NCBI GenBank assembly: GCA_013239625.1 | Contig: MU054323.1 | Location: 6,561,220 to 6,625,219 of the forward strand | Reading direction: 5' to 3' | DNA length: 64,000 nucleotides | Source of the DNA: Lama guanicoe | Lineage: Eukaryota | Shown here: positions 37,890-50,364 of the stretch, piece by piece | Layout of the letters: each line of letters opens with the position of its first letter | Numbering within the stretch: position 1 is the first letter of the stretch | Position numbers and translations under genes: made by a program | The notes under the pieces: model-generated | The model's input: the letters and a program-made list of their open reading frames with translations, nothing else | Told to the model about the DNA's origin: nothing | Databases searched by the model: none

Positions 37890-40006
37890 CACAAGTGTTC
37901 CCTAAGAATGTGCTTAGTTTGCCTTTTGGGTAATCCACAGTGGGTACACCATGTTCTTAGAATATTGAGTAAATTTTGTGGATTTTGGTTCCGATTACAT
38001 AAAATTTGGGTAGGTAAGTCGGCAATCAAAGAAGATACACCAGGGGGTAACTCCTTTATGACCACCTCAGGAGAAAGAGCTGTGCCTGGTGTCTTCTACC
38101 TCATGTGGTAGGGGCTCAGTTTCATATCTGAGCATAAGGATTTTGCCCCAGTGTGATCCTGGTTGAAGAGCAAGTGAGCAGTTGTAGAAGGCCTTGTGTG
38201 ACGGTTCCTAACTTTTTCACCAAAATCCCTTCCATTATTTCCCCCCTAGGTTTAGAACATTGTTTTCCTAATTAAGAAATACACCTACTATTTAAAGTTT
38301 GTTGTATGTGAGTGTATAAATAAGATGCCTTTTAAGGAAGGGAATGTAAGGAAATAAGAATCTTCAGAGTTAAACTACCTGAGTACAGAATTGCAGAGGA
38401 AAAAAATAGAAATTACTGCAAAAAAATATGAGCAAATTATGACTGTATATGTTGAGGGGAAATCGGAAGGAAATGGAGATTTGTTAACCTGGAGAAATTT
38501 TTATGAAAGAATATCTGAGATAAAGTATGACAGTGTCCATCCAACTTCTACTGTCCTGAGAAGTGAAAATCTCACATTTGTGGTAGTTATGGTTTCATTG
38601 GCAAGGCCATGCTTATTGAGGAAAAGGGTACCTCCCGTCTGTTTTAGCCAGGTCACATTAAACTTTTAAGTTACTACCTGACCTGGGACGATTTGAGTCT
38701 TAGTAAGCAACATTCTCGTCATAATTTGGTTTCCTACGTAGTTTACCCCACAGGGGGAAAAATGTGCTATTCTGGCCCATGTGACTGTGATCATTCTCAG
38801 CCTAAATTAATACATTGTCAACCTCTGAATTTGGTTAATGTGAGGGATGATTTCAGATGGGCTGACAAATGAGTTTTTGGAGCCAACAAGGCCAATAACC
38901 AAGGAACCTCACCAAAGAATGTGGCCTTTAGACTCCTGGAGGGTGGAGAGTATCCAACTCATCTCTAGCCCAGCTTGTAGCACAGGGCCTGGTACCCAGT
39001 AGAAACTCAGTATTCATTTATCCAGACTAGACATTCCTTGGTGTTAAAGCCTATTTTATAATTGCAATCTTACTTTATACTTACTCAAAACTATACAATC
39101 ACCAATCAGAGATTTTAGAAAAACTTAAAAATTTTCGATAATATGTACTTTTAAGAAAATGTATAAAATAGATATAAGTGAAAAGAACTTACCATTCATA
39201 TTTCAATTAATTAAAGAAAACCATTGTTAACATTTTGGTATATATATACCCTTTTAGACATTTTTTATGCATAAAATACATACATACTTATATATCTATA
39301 TGTTTTTACAAGAATGGTATCTTACCATAATGTAGTTTTGTAGCTTGCCTTTTTTAGGAAAAATTAAACTATACAGTGAAAAAATTTTCTATGTCAATAA
39401 ATAATCTATGGTATCATTTTTAATGACTGCATCATATATTCTTTAATGTATGGATGTACCAAACTTAAACATTATCCTATTGTTTATTATTTAAGTTGTA
39501 CCCATTTCTTTGTTATTATAAAGAACACTCTAAAGAATACATTATTTCTTTAGAATAAATTCCTGGAAGAGATATTGATAAGGTAAAGTGTATGCTTGTT
39601 TTAAAGCTTTTGACATATTGTCAAATTGGCCTCTAGAAAAACTGCTTTAATTAATTCATCCGCTAGCAGTATTTGAGAGGTCCCGTTTTTCTTCCTTAGG
39701 CTTTCTACAGCTTTGTGTCACTGACATCCCTGGAGCTTAGGGCCACTACAACCCCCTTAACAACAAATTGGAACTCCAGTTGTAGATTTTCCAGTCAGCC
39801 TCACCATGCTCCTCCAGTCCCAGCCCTTGTCCCTCCTGATCTGAACTTTAGCATCCCTCTCCTTTCCTCCCTCCTCTCTCCCTCACCTTTCCTCCCTCCT
39901 CTCTCCCTCACCTCCTCCCTCCCTTCTTTCTTCCTCCCTCCCTCACTTCCTTCCTGGTCTTCAAGTTCCTTCAGGGAAGCTGTGAATGGGCTCCGAGGTA
40001 TGATCA

Positions 40007-40182
40007 CTGGACAAAATACAGGATGCCCAGTTTAAATTCGAATGTTAGATGAACAACAAATACTGCATGAGCCAATAGTATAAATAGTTTTTATATTAAA
40101 GAATTATTTATTATGTGTTGTTATCTGAAATTCATATTTAACTGGTCACCCTATATTTTCATCTGCTAAATCTGGCAAACTT
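40007..40182. mobile_element. MER53-like palindromic hAT MITE
   Basis: aaaatacaggatgcccagtttaaattcgaat ... tgaaattcatatttaactggtcaccctatatttt...ctaaatctggcaa. Confidence 0.75.
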
Positions 40183-41332
40183 GCCTGAGTATTCTTTAAT
40201 CTAATACCATCTGCCCTAAATCTAGTAAAATTTCTCAAATTGTTTGATATTTGGATGCTTCTCTTCTTGGTCTTTAGTGCTGATAGATTGTTCCTTACTT
40301 TACATTTCTTTGGTCATTTTTTAGGCCCAGTGAAGGGGAAATAGGAGGGAAAGGAATCAACTATGTCTTCTCAAGCTGCCAAAAGTATAAAAGTTTTGTG
40401 AAAAACAAAACAACAGTGAATTTGAAGGCTATGAAGTAGGAGAATACTCATGACTTATCATTTGGAAGAAATAGGTTACAAAGCCTGTGTTACGATTTTG
40501 TTTCAGTTTAAAATATCCTATTTTCAAATGATAATAAAAATTAAAATAATTTTAATAAGATTCTAAACTCAGACTTCAGTTAAATTCCTCATTCTGCCTT
40601 TCCAACAGTTTTACCTTGGACAAATTATTTAGCCTTTCTAAGTCTTTTTCTCATCTTTAAAGGGGCATACATTCTCCTTTTATTTATTTGTTTATTTATT
40701 TATTTTATTTATTTAAAGTAGCGAGATAACAAGATGGTGCTCTGGCACGTCCTGGACCTTTTCTACCTGTCCCTGAGTGGGAATGCACACACAGGACAGT
40801 CTTGATGGTTGGATCACTTTGTAGGTCATTCGGTTTTTGTTTTTCATAACATATTCTAGGGAGTGAGATTAAATTTAGGAATATTACTCAATCTGTTTCT
40901 AGGTCTAGAAAAATAAAGGGGCTTAGGTATTTAGATACATACTTTCTAAGTCAAAATGTGTGTGTGTGTGTGTGTTTACTATATATTCAGTTATAGATCA
41001 TCAAGATGAGCTGTGTGTATAAAAGAGAGACTTTTGGATCCTGTATCCCCAAATAGTCCACCAGCCACCTAGATGGACACCCCACTACATCACTGAGAAA
41101 AATATATGAATGAAAGATAAGGACATTATTCACTCTTTTGCAGGCTGGGAATTTGGCCTGATTTCTAGTCTAATCTGCTAAGCCAGGTAGGATGTCAAGA
41201 TCAAGGACTGGGTGAAAAGCAGGCCTCTCAGGTCCTTTGCCCTCAGGGCCACACTTGATCTTATCCTAGGAAGAGTGAAAAAAAAGAATGTAAAAGGGAA
41301 ACAAGACAAAAAGAGCCCTTTCTCATAAACCC

Positions 41333-41800
41333 TGACCAAGACTCTCCTGGACCAAACTTTAGTTAGGCTTCCCTGAGAACCTCTTCTTGGCTGGGCCTCA
41401 ACCTTGGCCTCCCCCATAAGCCCAGGCCTGCATTGCCCAGTTTTAGCAAGAATCCTGCCAAGTCACTTTAGAGAGAATCTCCCATCCTTGATATCTGATA
41501 ACTCTCAATATCTGATCAAGTTCTTCACCACCACCTTTGATGTCTTAAGTCCTTGGTCAGCCTTTAGCAAGAATCCTGCTAAGTCGGTTTAGCAGGACCC
41601 CTACCCTTGATGTCTCCTCTTTGTAATTTCCCATCCACTGACCCCCTCTCTCTGTCCCTTGGCTGTAAACCCCCGTTTGTCTACAAAGTTGAGCCTGATC
41701 TCTCTCCCCATTGGGACAGTCTTGACACCTATTGCAATAGTCTTGAGTGAAGTCTCGTTTAACCATTTTAACAAGTGTTAGAATAATTTTTTCTCTTTCC
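41333..41800 (+). mobile_element. MER31-like ERV1 LTR
   Basis: tgaccaagactctcctggaccaaactttag; duplicated tttagcaagaatcctgc; ends ...ttcca. Confidence 0.75.
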
Positions 41801-43424
41801 AGCTCTATTGAGATATAAATGACATAGATCATCGTGTAGATTTAAAGTGTACAACATCATGCTTTAATACACAGCTGAGAAATTTTGAGATTTATTCTTT
41901 TAGCAATGTTGAATATAGTATTGTTAGAATACTTTTTCTTTAATACTAATACTGTTAGAATACTAATTCTTTAATGTTTAATACTTTTTCTGAGCCAGCC
42001 AAGGCTGCCTCAGAGCACCACTTTTTAAGATACAGAGATTTAAATAGGGGCCTGAAGGAAAAGACATTCCACTGTAAGCAAATGCTTTCTACCTTTTATC
42101 CTTTGCCCCACCCTTAACAATAAAGCCCCCAAATGTCCTTGACCTGTGTCAGATTTCCTGCTGCACTGAATGAAGTTTGTGTGTAGAAATCCTTGGGCTC
42201 CTCCTAGTGGGTAAAGTGTGCATCCAACACTGACTGGCAAATGTGTGTGGTGGGGCGATTTGGTTTTGCTGCTGTTATTTTACTGTTAAAGTCAGGAAAC
42301 CTAGGGTGTTGTTTTCCCTTCTCAAGGAGCTTAGCAGAGTATCAGAAATGTCCTGCCTGCACGTGCATGCTCCTGCTTCTTCAGTCCTTGCTAGTTCTCC
42401 ACTTGGGACTCATGAAATTGGGTAGTTCAGTCCTTTTACAAGTGTTCTTTTGATGCTCTACCCAGAGAGCCAGAGAGCTAGTTCAGGACATATTAAGTGC
42501 AGCCCAAATGTTTCTCCAAGTATAGACCACCGGCATAAGAATATCCTAGAATTTTTATTTAAAATGAAGACTCTGGGTCCTGCACCAAATCTTCTGAATC
42601 AGAATTTCTGGTAGGGGATTGGGGGGAAATGGGAGGAGATGGTGAGGCAACTCTTATTCACCCTGAAATTTGAAAATCAGTGCTATACACTACTTGAGAT
42701 GGCATTCCTCTATTCTATGTCTTACTTAAAATTATGCTGTACGGAGCTGTAATCAAATTCCTCAGGGTTACATAGACAATGAATACGGTATAATAATATA
42801 ACATGCTACTCTTTTACCCTGAAAACATACACAACAAACACCCTCCCCTTATTCAATCCTTTGAATCTAAATTCTCAAATATGTAGAAAATGCCTTCCTT
42901 TCCCCTTTCCTGTCTTACTCTGTTTAGTCTAGATCAAGGGGTCTTATGTACTCCTTCAGCTACTCCAAGGTTGGGTTAATTCAGCCGAAGTCTCTCAAGT
43001 GTTCCATCTTTCCAAAGTTTCAGGGGGCTATCAGGAATAGCCCTTCTCATCAAATTTAGAAAGCTTAACCAACTGTGCATAAATACAATTGCCTAAATCT
43101 AACCATTGTTTCTCCTTGGAATAATGGTTAAAATACAAATTCATTGGCTTCATCCCCCCTCAAATGCTGGTTTAGTAAATCTTGGTTGGAACCAGGAATC
43201 TGCATTTTATCAACCATCCTTAGGTGACTTCGATGCAGGTTATCCTCAGACCATATTTTAAGAAACACAGCCTTGTATGCCAGTTTCCCAAATAAGTATG
43301 GTATTGCTAGTATATTTTACAACCAACTCCCATATAAATCTTATAAACTACAGTTCTAAGCAAAATTTAATATTAATCTAGAGAAAAGCAGTAGACTTGG
43401 GATAAAAATAATGACACAGAGGCC

Positions 43425-44187
43425 ATAATTTAACTATTTTTAAGTACAATTCAGTTACATTAATTACATTCACAATGTTGTGCAATCAACCCCACAATCT
43501 GTTTTCAAAACTTTTTCATTAACTCAAACAGAAGCTCTGTACCCATTAAGCAATAATTCCTTTTTCTACCCATTCCCCCAGATCCCGGTAATTTCTAGTC
43601 TACTTTCTGTTTCTGTGAATTTGCTTATTCTGGATATTTCATATAAGTGGACTCATTCAGCACTTTTCCTTTTATGTCTGGCTTATTTCACTTAACATAA
43701 TATTTTCAAGGTTCTTCCATGTTGCAGCATGTATCAGAACACCATTCTTTTTCATGGCTAAATAATATTCCTCCATATGTATATACCACAGTTTGTTTAT
43801 CCTTTCATTTATTGATGGATATTTAAATTGTTTCCATCTTGTAGCTATTGTGATTAATGCTGCAATGAACATTGGCCTACCAGTATCTGTTTGAGTCCCT
43901 GTTTTCAATTCTTTTGAGTATATACCTGAAAGTAGAACAACAGTGTCATATGGTAATTCTAGTTTAATTTTTAAGGACACCAATCTGTTTTCCACAATAA
44001 CTGTACTATTTTACACTCCCATTAGCAATGTACAGGCGTTCCAATTTCTCCACGTTCTTGCCAACACTTGTCATTTTCTTTTTTTTTTGATAATTGCCAT
44101 CCTAATGGAGGAGAGGTGGTATCATTGTAGTTTTGATTTACCTTTCCATAATGACTAGTGATATTGAGGATCTTTTCACGTGCATAC
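43425..44187 (-). mobile_element. 5'-truncated old L1 3' end
   Basis: Minus-strand peptide ELPYDTVVLLSGIYSKELK...MFIAALITIATRWKQFKYPS...MLSEISQ (ORF2 C-terminus). Confidence 0.9.
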
Positions 44188-44677
44188 TGCTCAATATCAC
44201 TAATCATTGTGGAAAGGTAAATCAAAACTACAATGAGCTGTGGTCACCTCTAACTCTTCTTTGTTCTTTAAACCAGTAACACTGCTTTTTTTTTAGTGTT
44301 ACTGGCCTCCAGAGCATCTTTCCTCAAGCTGAAAGCCAACAATGAGAAACGTATTCAGAGTCACTCCTTTTTTTCAAATGTAACCTTTCCCCAACCCTCT
44401 TACTTTTTGCCTGAGTTTGGTCTTTCTCTTGCCTTTTCAGGTTGTTTGTTTGTTTCTTTCAGTTTTGTTTGTTTATTTGTTTGACAAGTTTCTCCAGAAT
44501 TTATACTTCTTATCCACCAGAAGAGTGATTTGATAGGAGCTATTCCACCATTGCCTTACATTTATAATTGATTAATCTCTCAGTTGGTTGGAATTTTTCC
44601 CTGAACAGTGTTTTAGGATATGATCTGGCATATCTAAAACACATTTCTGTTGTTTTCACAAGTTAATGACAGCTTCT

Positions 44678-45110
44678 TGCCAACGAAAAATTAATCAGTT
44701 GATCTAAGAAAAAAATGGAAAATTCTATTTGTGCCAAATTTGAGGATTATAAACCGGGAAGAGCATCTCAGAAAGCTTTGAGAACTGTTCTCCCTGTTAG
44801 AAGTCAAGGCACAGTTATATAAGCTATGCATCAAATGATGTATTATTGGCAGTTTACATAATCCAGATCTAAGTGCCATGTGACCCCTTATGAGATCAAG
44901 AAAGAATGTTATCTTTAAGGAGTTGTCTTATTGATGGTAGGAGAATATTGTTCTTTAATGTTTGAGCAGGTATTTCTGCCCCTGGGGAAGATTTGGTCAA
45001 TGTATAATGCAAATACAGAATGTGCAGTGAGAGGAGAAAGGAGCCTAAAGGACAGAGAAAAAATTTTGAATGTTTCTTGTCTTGCCATAAGATATGAATT
45101 TTATTTCACA
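44678..45110 (-). mobile_element. ERV1-class solo LTR (433 bp)
   Basis: TG...CA termini with perfect 4-bp TSD TTCT (44674-44677, 45111-45114); orientation inferred. Confidence 0.75.
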
Positions 45111-46179
45111 TTCTGTTAGTACTTAGTACTTCTGAATTCTCAGAATTCATGATGAGAACCAATATGTCCTTAACCACTTGCCCCTCCCCTTAGGCATGTT
45201 AGGCTCAACTTTGCCTTTAGTTCCCAGGCTTTGAGTAAACCTGACTACTTTAATGACAACACACATTTTATTCCTTTTATAAAAATTTATTTTAATTTTT
45301 ATCAAAGTTCAATATATACATATCTTGAAAAAGTCTGATATGGTGAGACTTACAATGACAAAAGTAGAACTCTAGACAACCATTGCCACCCCTGACACTT
45401 GCTCCCCAAAGTAAAACTTTGAATTCTTTTATCTGTGTCTTCTAGTTTTGGGTTCTGTATTTCTAAAAATATTCTTACATTGCTATTTACATACTATCAA
45501 TTGACTTCCTATTAACAGAGTTTAGCACACTTAACACCCTCTTCCTTCCCTTTATCCTCCCAGTGTATTTGTAGCATGTTGTTTTATTTCAATCAGTATT
45601 TATAATGTGCTCACACTGTCTTATTATATAAGTCTTGCTCACTTACAGCCAAGTCCACCAAGTAGTGTCCTACTGATTAGATAACTTTTTACCCATGTTA
45701 GAATTAAAAATTGCCTATGGCTTGTTTTAGTAATTTTAAAATAATAATTATTAGTTCTACTTTACACTCTCTAAAAAATTATGATACCCCTCTGAGTAGT
45801 ATACAAATAATTATCCTTGCTTTCAACTGATATCTCTGTGTCTAGATGCTATAAGTTTCTAGATACTCACTATTCTGCTGGAGTGGGGAAGACAGTCCAG
45901 CTGTCTCTGCAGAATGGAGTTCTATTGGTATGAGCAAGCCACTTAAAGTTTTTCAGACAACCCTTCTCTTTTCAGAGGTACCATGGATTTCTGCCTTTAG
46001 AGATGCCTAGTGCTTCCAAATTCTGGGCATTTCCAAGATGCTCTGGTGATTTCAGCTTTCTTCTTAGCATATTACCCTTGTATTAAGCTTTCTCAATTCA
46101 AGTTTATCCAATTTTCATCTTCCAAAACTTTGTTGACATACTTTGTCTATACTTGTGTTATTTATCTATTTTGTTTCTC

Positions 46180-47280
46180 CAAATACAGTCTCCATATTTT
46201 TATGCCCCACCTGTGTCCTGAGAAGATAACTTCTACGGACTTGAGCTTCCTTGACTTCTGGCTTCTAGTTGGTTTTCAGCTAATTGGAGGTACTGGCAGA
46301 AGACTGAAGAGTGGGAGGTGATAAATGTCCATTGACAGATGAATAGATAAAGAAGTTGTGGTATAGATATGTGTGTATATATATATTTACATATATATAT
46401 ACACACACACATACACAATGGAATATTATCATTCATAAAAAAAAAGAAATAATGCCATTTGCAGCAACATGGATGGACCTAGAGATTACCTGAAGTAAGT
46501 CAGACAGAGGAAGACCGATATATCATATCACTTATATGTGGAATCTAAAAAATATATATTTTTTGCAAAAATAAAAATTTTCATAAATTTATTTAAAAAA
46601 CAGAAATAGACTCACAGACAAAGAAAACAAACTTATGGTTACCAAAGAGGAAGAGGGGTGAAGGATAAATTAGGAGTTTGAGATTAATATATATATATAC
46701 TACAATATATAAAATAGATAAATAGGGACCTACTGTATGGCACAGGGAACTATCTTCAATATCTTATATTAATCTATAATGGAAAAGAAAAAAATATATA
46801 CACACATACATATATACGTAAAACTGGATCACTTTGCTGTATACCTGAAACTAAAACAACATTGCAAATCAATTATACTTCAATTTAAAAAAATAAAAAA
46901 AAATTTAAAAAGAGTGGAAAGGGATAGAATTGTAGATGTAAGAGTATTTATTCCCATTTCTGCCCTCTTCCAATAGACTTCCTCCCTGGGAGGCCACAGT
47001 TTTGGGAGTGGCAGAATACTTCTGTCTAACTCCATGGCTCCTGTAGGGTGCTGCTGCTTCTCTGCCTGGAGTTCTTGCCAGTTTCCAGTAGTCACTCCAC
47101 TTGCCCTTTCAGGCTTAGGGATGGTGATGGCAGTGTTGTCAGCTCCCATGTACCTCACCATCCCTTACTAGTTCTCTTAATTCTGCCAGCACCTTTATAA
47201 ATAGTTTCCTTATTAAAGTCTACTCAATTCTCCTTTGCGTGTACCATTCTCTTTTTCTGCCAGAACTCTGACTGCTTCAT
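46180..47280 (+). mobile_element. LTR33-like ERVL LTR interrupted by an L1 3' end
   Basis: 3' end tttataaatagtttccttattaaagtctactcaa...ctctgactg resembles LTR33. Confidence 0.6.
46322..46908 (+). mobile_element. L1 3' end (ORF2 end + 3'UTR + A tail)
   Basis: atgccatttgcagcaacatggatggacctagagatt; A-rich tail; TSD-like AAGAGTGG on both sides. Confidence 0.9.
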
Positions 47281-47334
47281 CACCATTCATGTTCTCCCTT
47301 TACTGTGTTTGTTCATTTCAAAAATTTTATTCTC

Positions 47335-47487
47335 GGCCGTCTTCTCTCTCCCTCTTCAGAGACGACCCACAGCTGTCTATGGAGTGTGTAGCTACTTTTA
47401 ATCTGAGCACCCAACCCCCACACGTCGTGGCCTTTCTCTTGCCTTTCAATGTATCTCTCTGAATAAATCTACCCTCACTCAAAAAAA
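47335..47487 (+). mobile_element. Retroposed 3' end of a MER41-like LTR transcript
   Basis: Homologous to the reverse complement of 14400-14600; AATAAA, then A-run, flanked by TSD-like AAAAAT(n)ATTCTC. Confidence 0.7.
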
Positions 47488-50184
47488 TTTTTTTTATTCT
47501 CATTTTAGCAGAGCTTCTAAAGGCAACAGAAGTAAGTGACATATGTTCAATCTGCTGTGCTTAACTGTTAAATATCCTTTTCTCAATATCTTTTCCTATT
47601 CGGAATATCTGACTGTATTTTCTTTGATATAACATACTAATTTCTTTCCAATGCTCAAAGCAGACAATTGGGATTTTATCCGTGGATAAATTGAAAAGAC
47701 AAGTCCCAGTCTGGAGACAAGCACAGTGGTAGGCAAAGCACGAGCCCCCTACTAAAAAGAATGAGATGAAGACAAAGTCCATATAGGGAAGGATGATACT
47801 TCACCCACTCTCTTGAGTTTCTCAGTGCCAAAAAAGCTGAAAGTTAGAATGCTGATAGCTCTGACCCCATGCATCCACCAATCAGAAGGTTCAAGTTTTT
47901 TTTTCCTGGAGAAAGTGAGTAGCTCTAAAGAAAATTTTAATCTCAATCACCCACCATGATGCTCACCAGCTGAAAGTCTGGCACACATATTCAAATCTTT
48001 CAGTCAGTGTTTTAGTGCCTTATTTTACAATATAAATGGACAACAAAAGATCAATAGATATTTGAAAAAGACTTAAACAAGAGAGACAAAGACAACAAAC
48101 ACTAAATGCACAAACAAGCCATAACAAGAATTCAAAGAAAAGAGAAGCAATTCAGGGCTCAGAAAACAAACAAAACAGAACAAGAACATTGATTAGTCTG
48201 GAGGAAAAAAAAATGAAGCAGTGCCTTGAAGTTCTGGAGAAAAGTTATTTCCAACCTAAAGTTGTATACCTAGGCAAATTATTACTCTGATAACAAGAGT
48301 AAAATAATGACACTTACTCAGCAACACTAAATGACATGAAAAAGGAAGAAGCCAAGAAAGAGAAAGACACTGGATTCAGGAAAACAGAAGAAATGACACA
48401 TAAGGAAGTGGAAAATGAATTCCCAGGATTTTAGTGATAGGAAGTTTCAGGATGATAGCTGGGCAGTAGGCCTAGTGAGTGACCAGTACAGATAAGTGAA
48501 TGAAGGCAGAGGGCTCCAGGAGGGATATTTTCAGGGAGAAAACTACTTGTAGAGTATCTGATATATTTTGATGTATTCAGAAAATGATTTTTAGTTCTAT
48601 TGGATAGTTTAGAGTTGAATTAATGATTTTGACATGGGAAGTAAGCAAACAAGTAACAAAAAACCCTAAAGCAGTTATCTATACTGGGAAAAACATGAAG
48701 TTGTTCACAAATGAAGTGTTAGCATAATACACACTATCACAGCTAAATCTTCATTTACCATAATAGCAAGTCAATAGTTAATAGCTAAAGTAAAAAAAAA
48801 AATTAAGAAATGACAGTGTGAGCACATAATTTAGATTAATGGAGATAAAACCAGAAGAAACAGCCAAAAAAGTTTAAAGAAATTGCTTAAGGGGAGTGGG
48901 AATTTGGGAATGAGGATCAAAGGAGCAGACTTCTGCTATTTTCCACTGTTAACTAACACTTCTATTTAATTTTTTAAAAGAGATATATGTGTTGGTTTCA
49001 TAAAAACAAAAAAATGAAAAGAAAAACACATCACATGGTCGGGGGGTCTGAGGACCTGAATAATAGTTACATCGCAATATTTCTCTGACTCTTTCCCCCA
49101 CATTCTAAGAACTCTGTTTCCTTGTAAAGAATTCTTGGAATCTGTGTGGTTTCTCAAAAGTGTTCTGTGAATTTGTTCTTTTGGCTGCCTTGAAGTTTCT
49201 GTTCTTGATCTTTTTTCAGAGGCCAGCTGAAGGCCACACCCTGGCTGGCTGCCGACTCTTACTGATCTCTGTTCCCAGGCTGCCAATACCTGGTGTCAAA
49301 TTGTTGATATTTGTGCCAGCGATGCTACTTCTTGTCACTGCTGAAGCTGCTGGTTTCAAGGCTGTCAACATCAAAACACCCCCATGGCCCTCATCCACTT
49401 GTATTTTCCTAAATGGGAGAAATTTCTCTCGATTTACAGAATCAGGAAACAATATTTTCCCTTGAACATCTACTTTTATCTTTTATCTTATGAATACTGT
49501 GGATGTGCAAGTGACTTTTCTTCTTTTTTGGAGTTGGCTTCTAGAGAAGCTCTTAGCTAAATCTCCTTATAATTCTAGAGGGACCTTACAATTTGCATAT
49601 GTGTGTATTACTTTGAAGTGACTTTTGGACTTTGTTTTATCCTTATGTTTTCACTTGTATTTCATTCATTCATTCATTCAATAATGTATTTATTTTGGTA
49701 AGGTGACTAAAATCTGTATTTTTTGAACCAGGAATATATAAATAATTGAATAAATTAGTGACAAAAAATTTTAGAATAAAAAAACTTTTCCCGTTATTAA
49801 AAGTCTATCTTTGGACTCAGAGTTGAATTCATGGTAGCTATCTTGATTACTGTAGCTTTATAGCAGATCTTAAGATTGAATAGTATGTTTCCTTCAACTT
49901 TATTCTTCTACTTCAAAATTGTTTTAGCCATTTTAGTTCCTTTGTCTTTCCAATAGATTTTAGAATCAGCTTGTCTATATTCATAAAAACTTCTGCTAGA
50001 ATTTTAAAGATAACATTTAAAGTGAGATTTAATTCACATACTATAAAATTTGCTCTTTTAAAGTATACATTTCAGTCCCTTTTTCTATATTCACAGAACT
50101 GTGTAACCATCATCACTATCTAATTCTGGAATATTTTTATCACCCCAAAAAGAAAGCCTATACCCATTAGAAGTCACTCATTCA

Positions 50185-50364
50185 ATCAGTTGAAGATCTT
50201 AGGAAGAAAAGCCAGAGTCCTAGAGGAAGAGGGAATTCTGCCACGGACTCAAGCCTACAATATTAATTCTTCTCTGAATGTCCAGCCTGCTGGCAAATTC
50301 TGAGCTTACCAGGCCCCACAGTCATGTGCGCCAATTCCTACCCTGGAGAGTCCTGACTAATATA
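50185..50364 (+). mobile_element. MLT2-like LTR fragment within old L1 sequence
   Basis: caatcagttgaag...gaggaagagggaattctgcc...ctggagagtcctgactaata. Confidence 0.65.

Noticed and set aside
37764..38111. 115-aa ORF
   Set aside because: Kept open by the (TG)n microsatellite; non-ATG start
41921..41990. Repeated GTTAGAATACT units resembling a repeat-spacer array
   Set aside because: Only 2-3 degenerate AT-rich units, consistent with slippage; eukaryotic context, not CRISPR
48966..49465. Processed pseudogene or coding exon
   Set aside because: No recognisable protein similarity in the translations inspected; no tail or TSD
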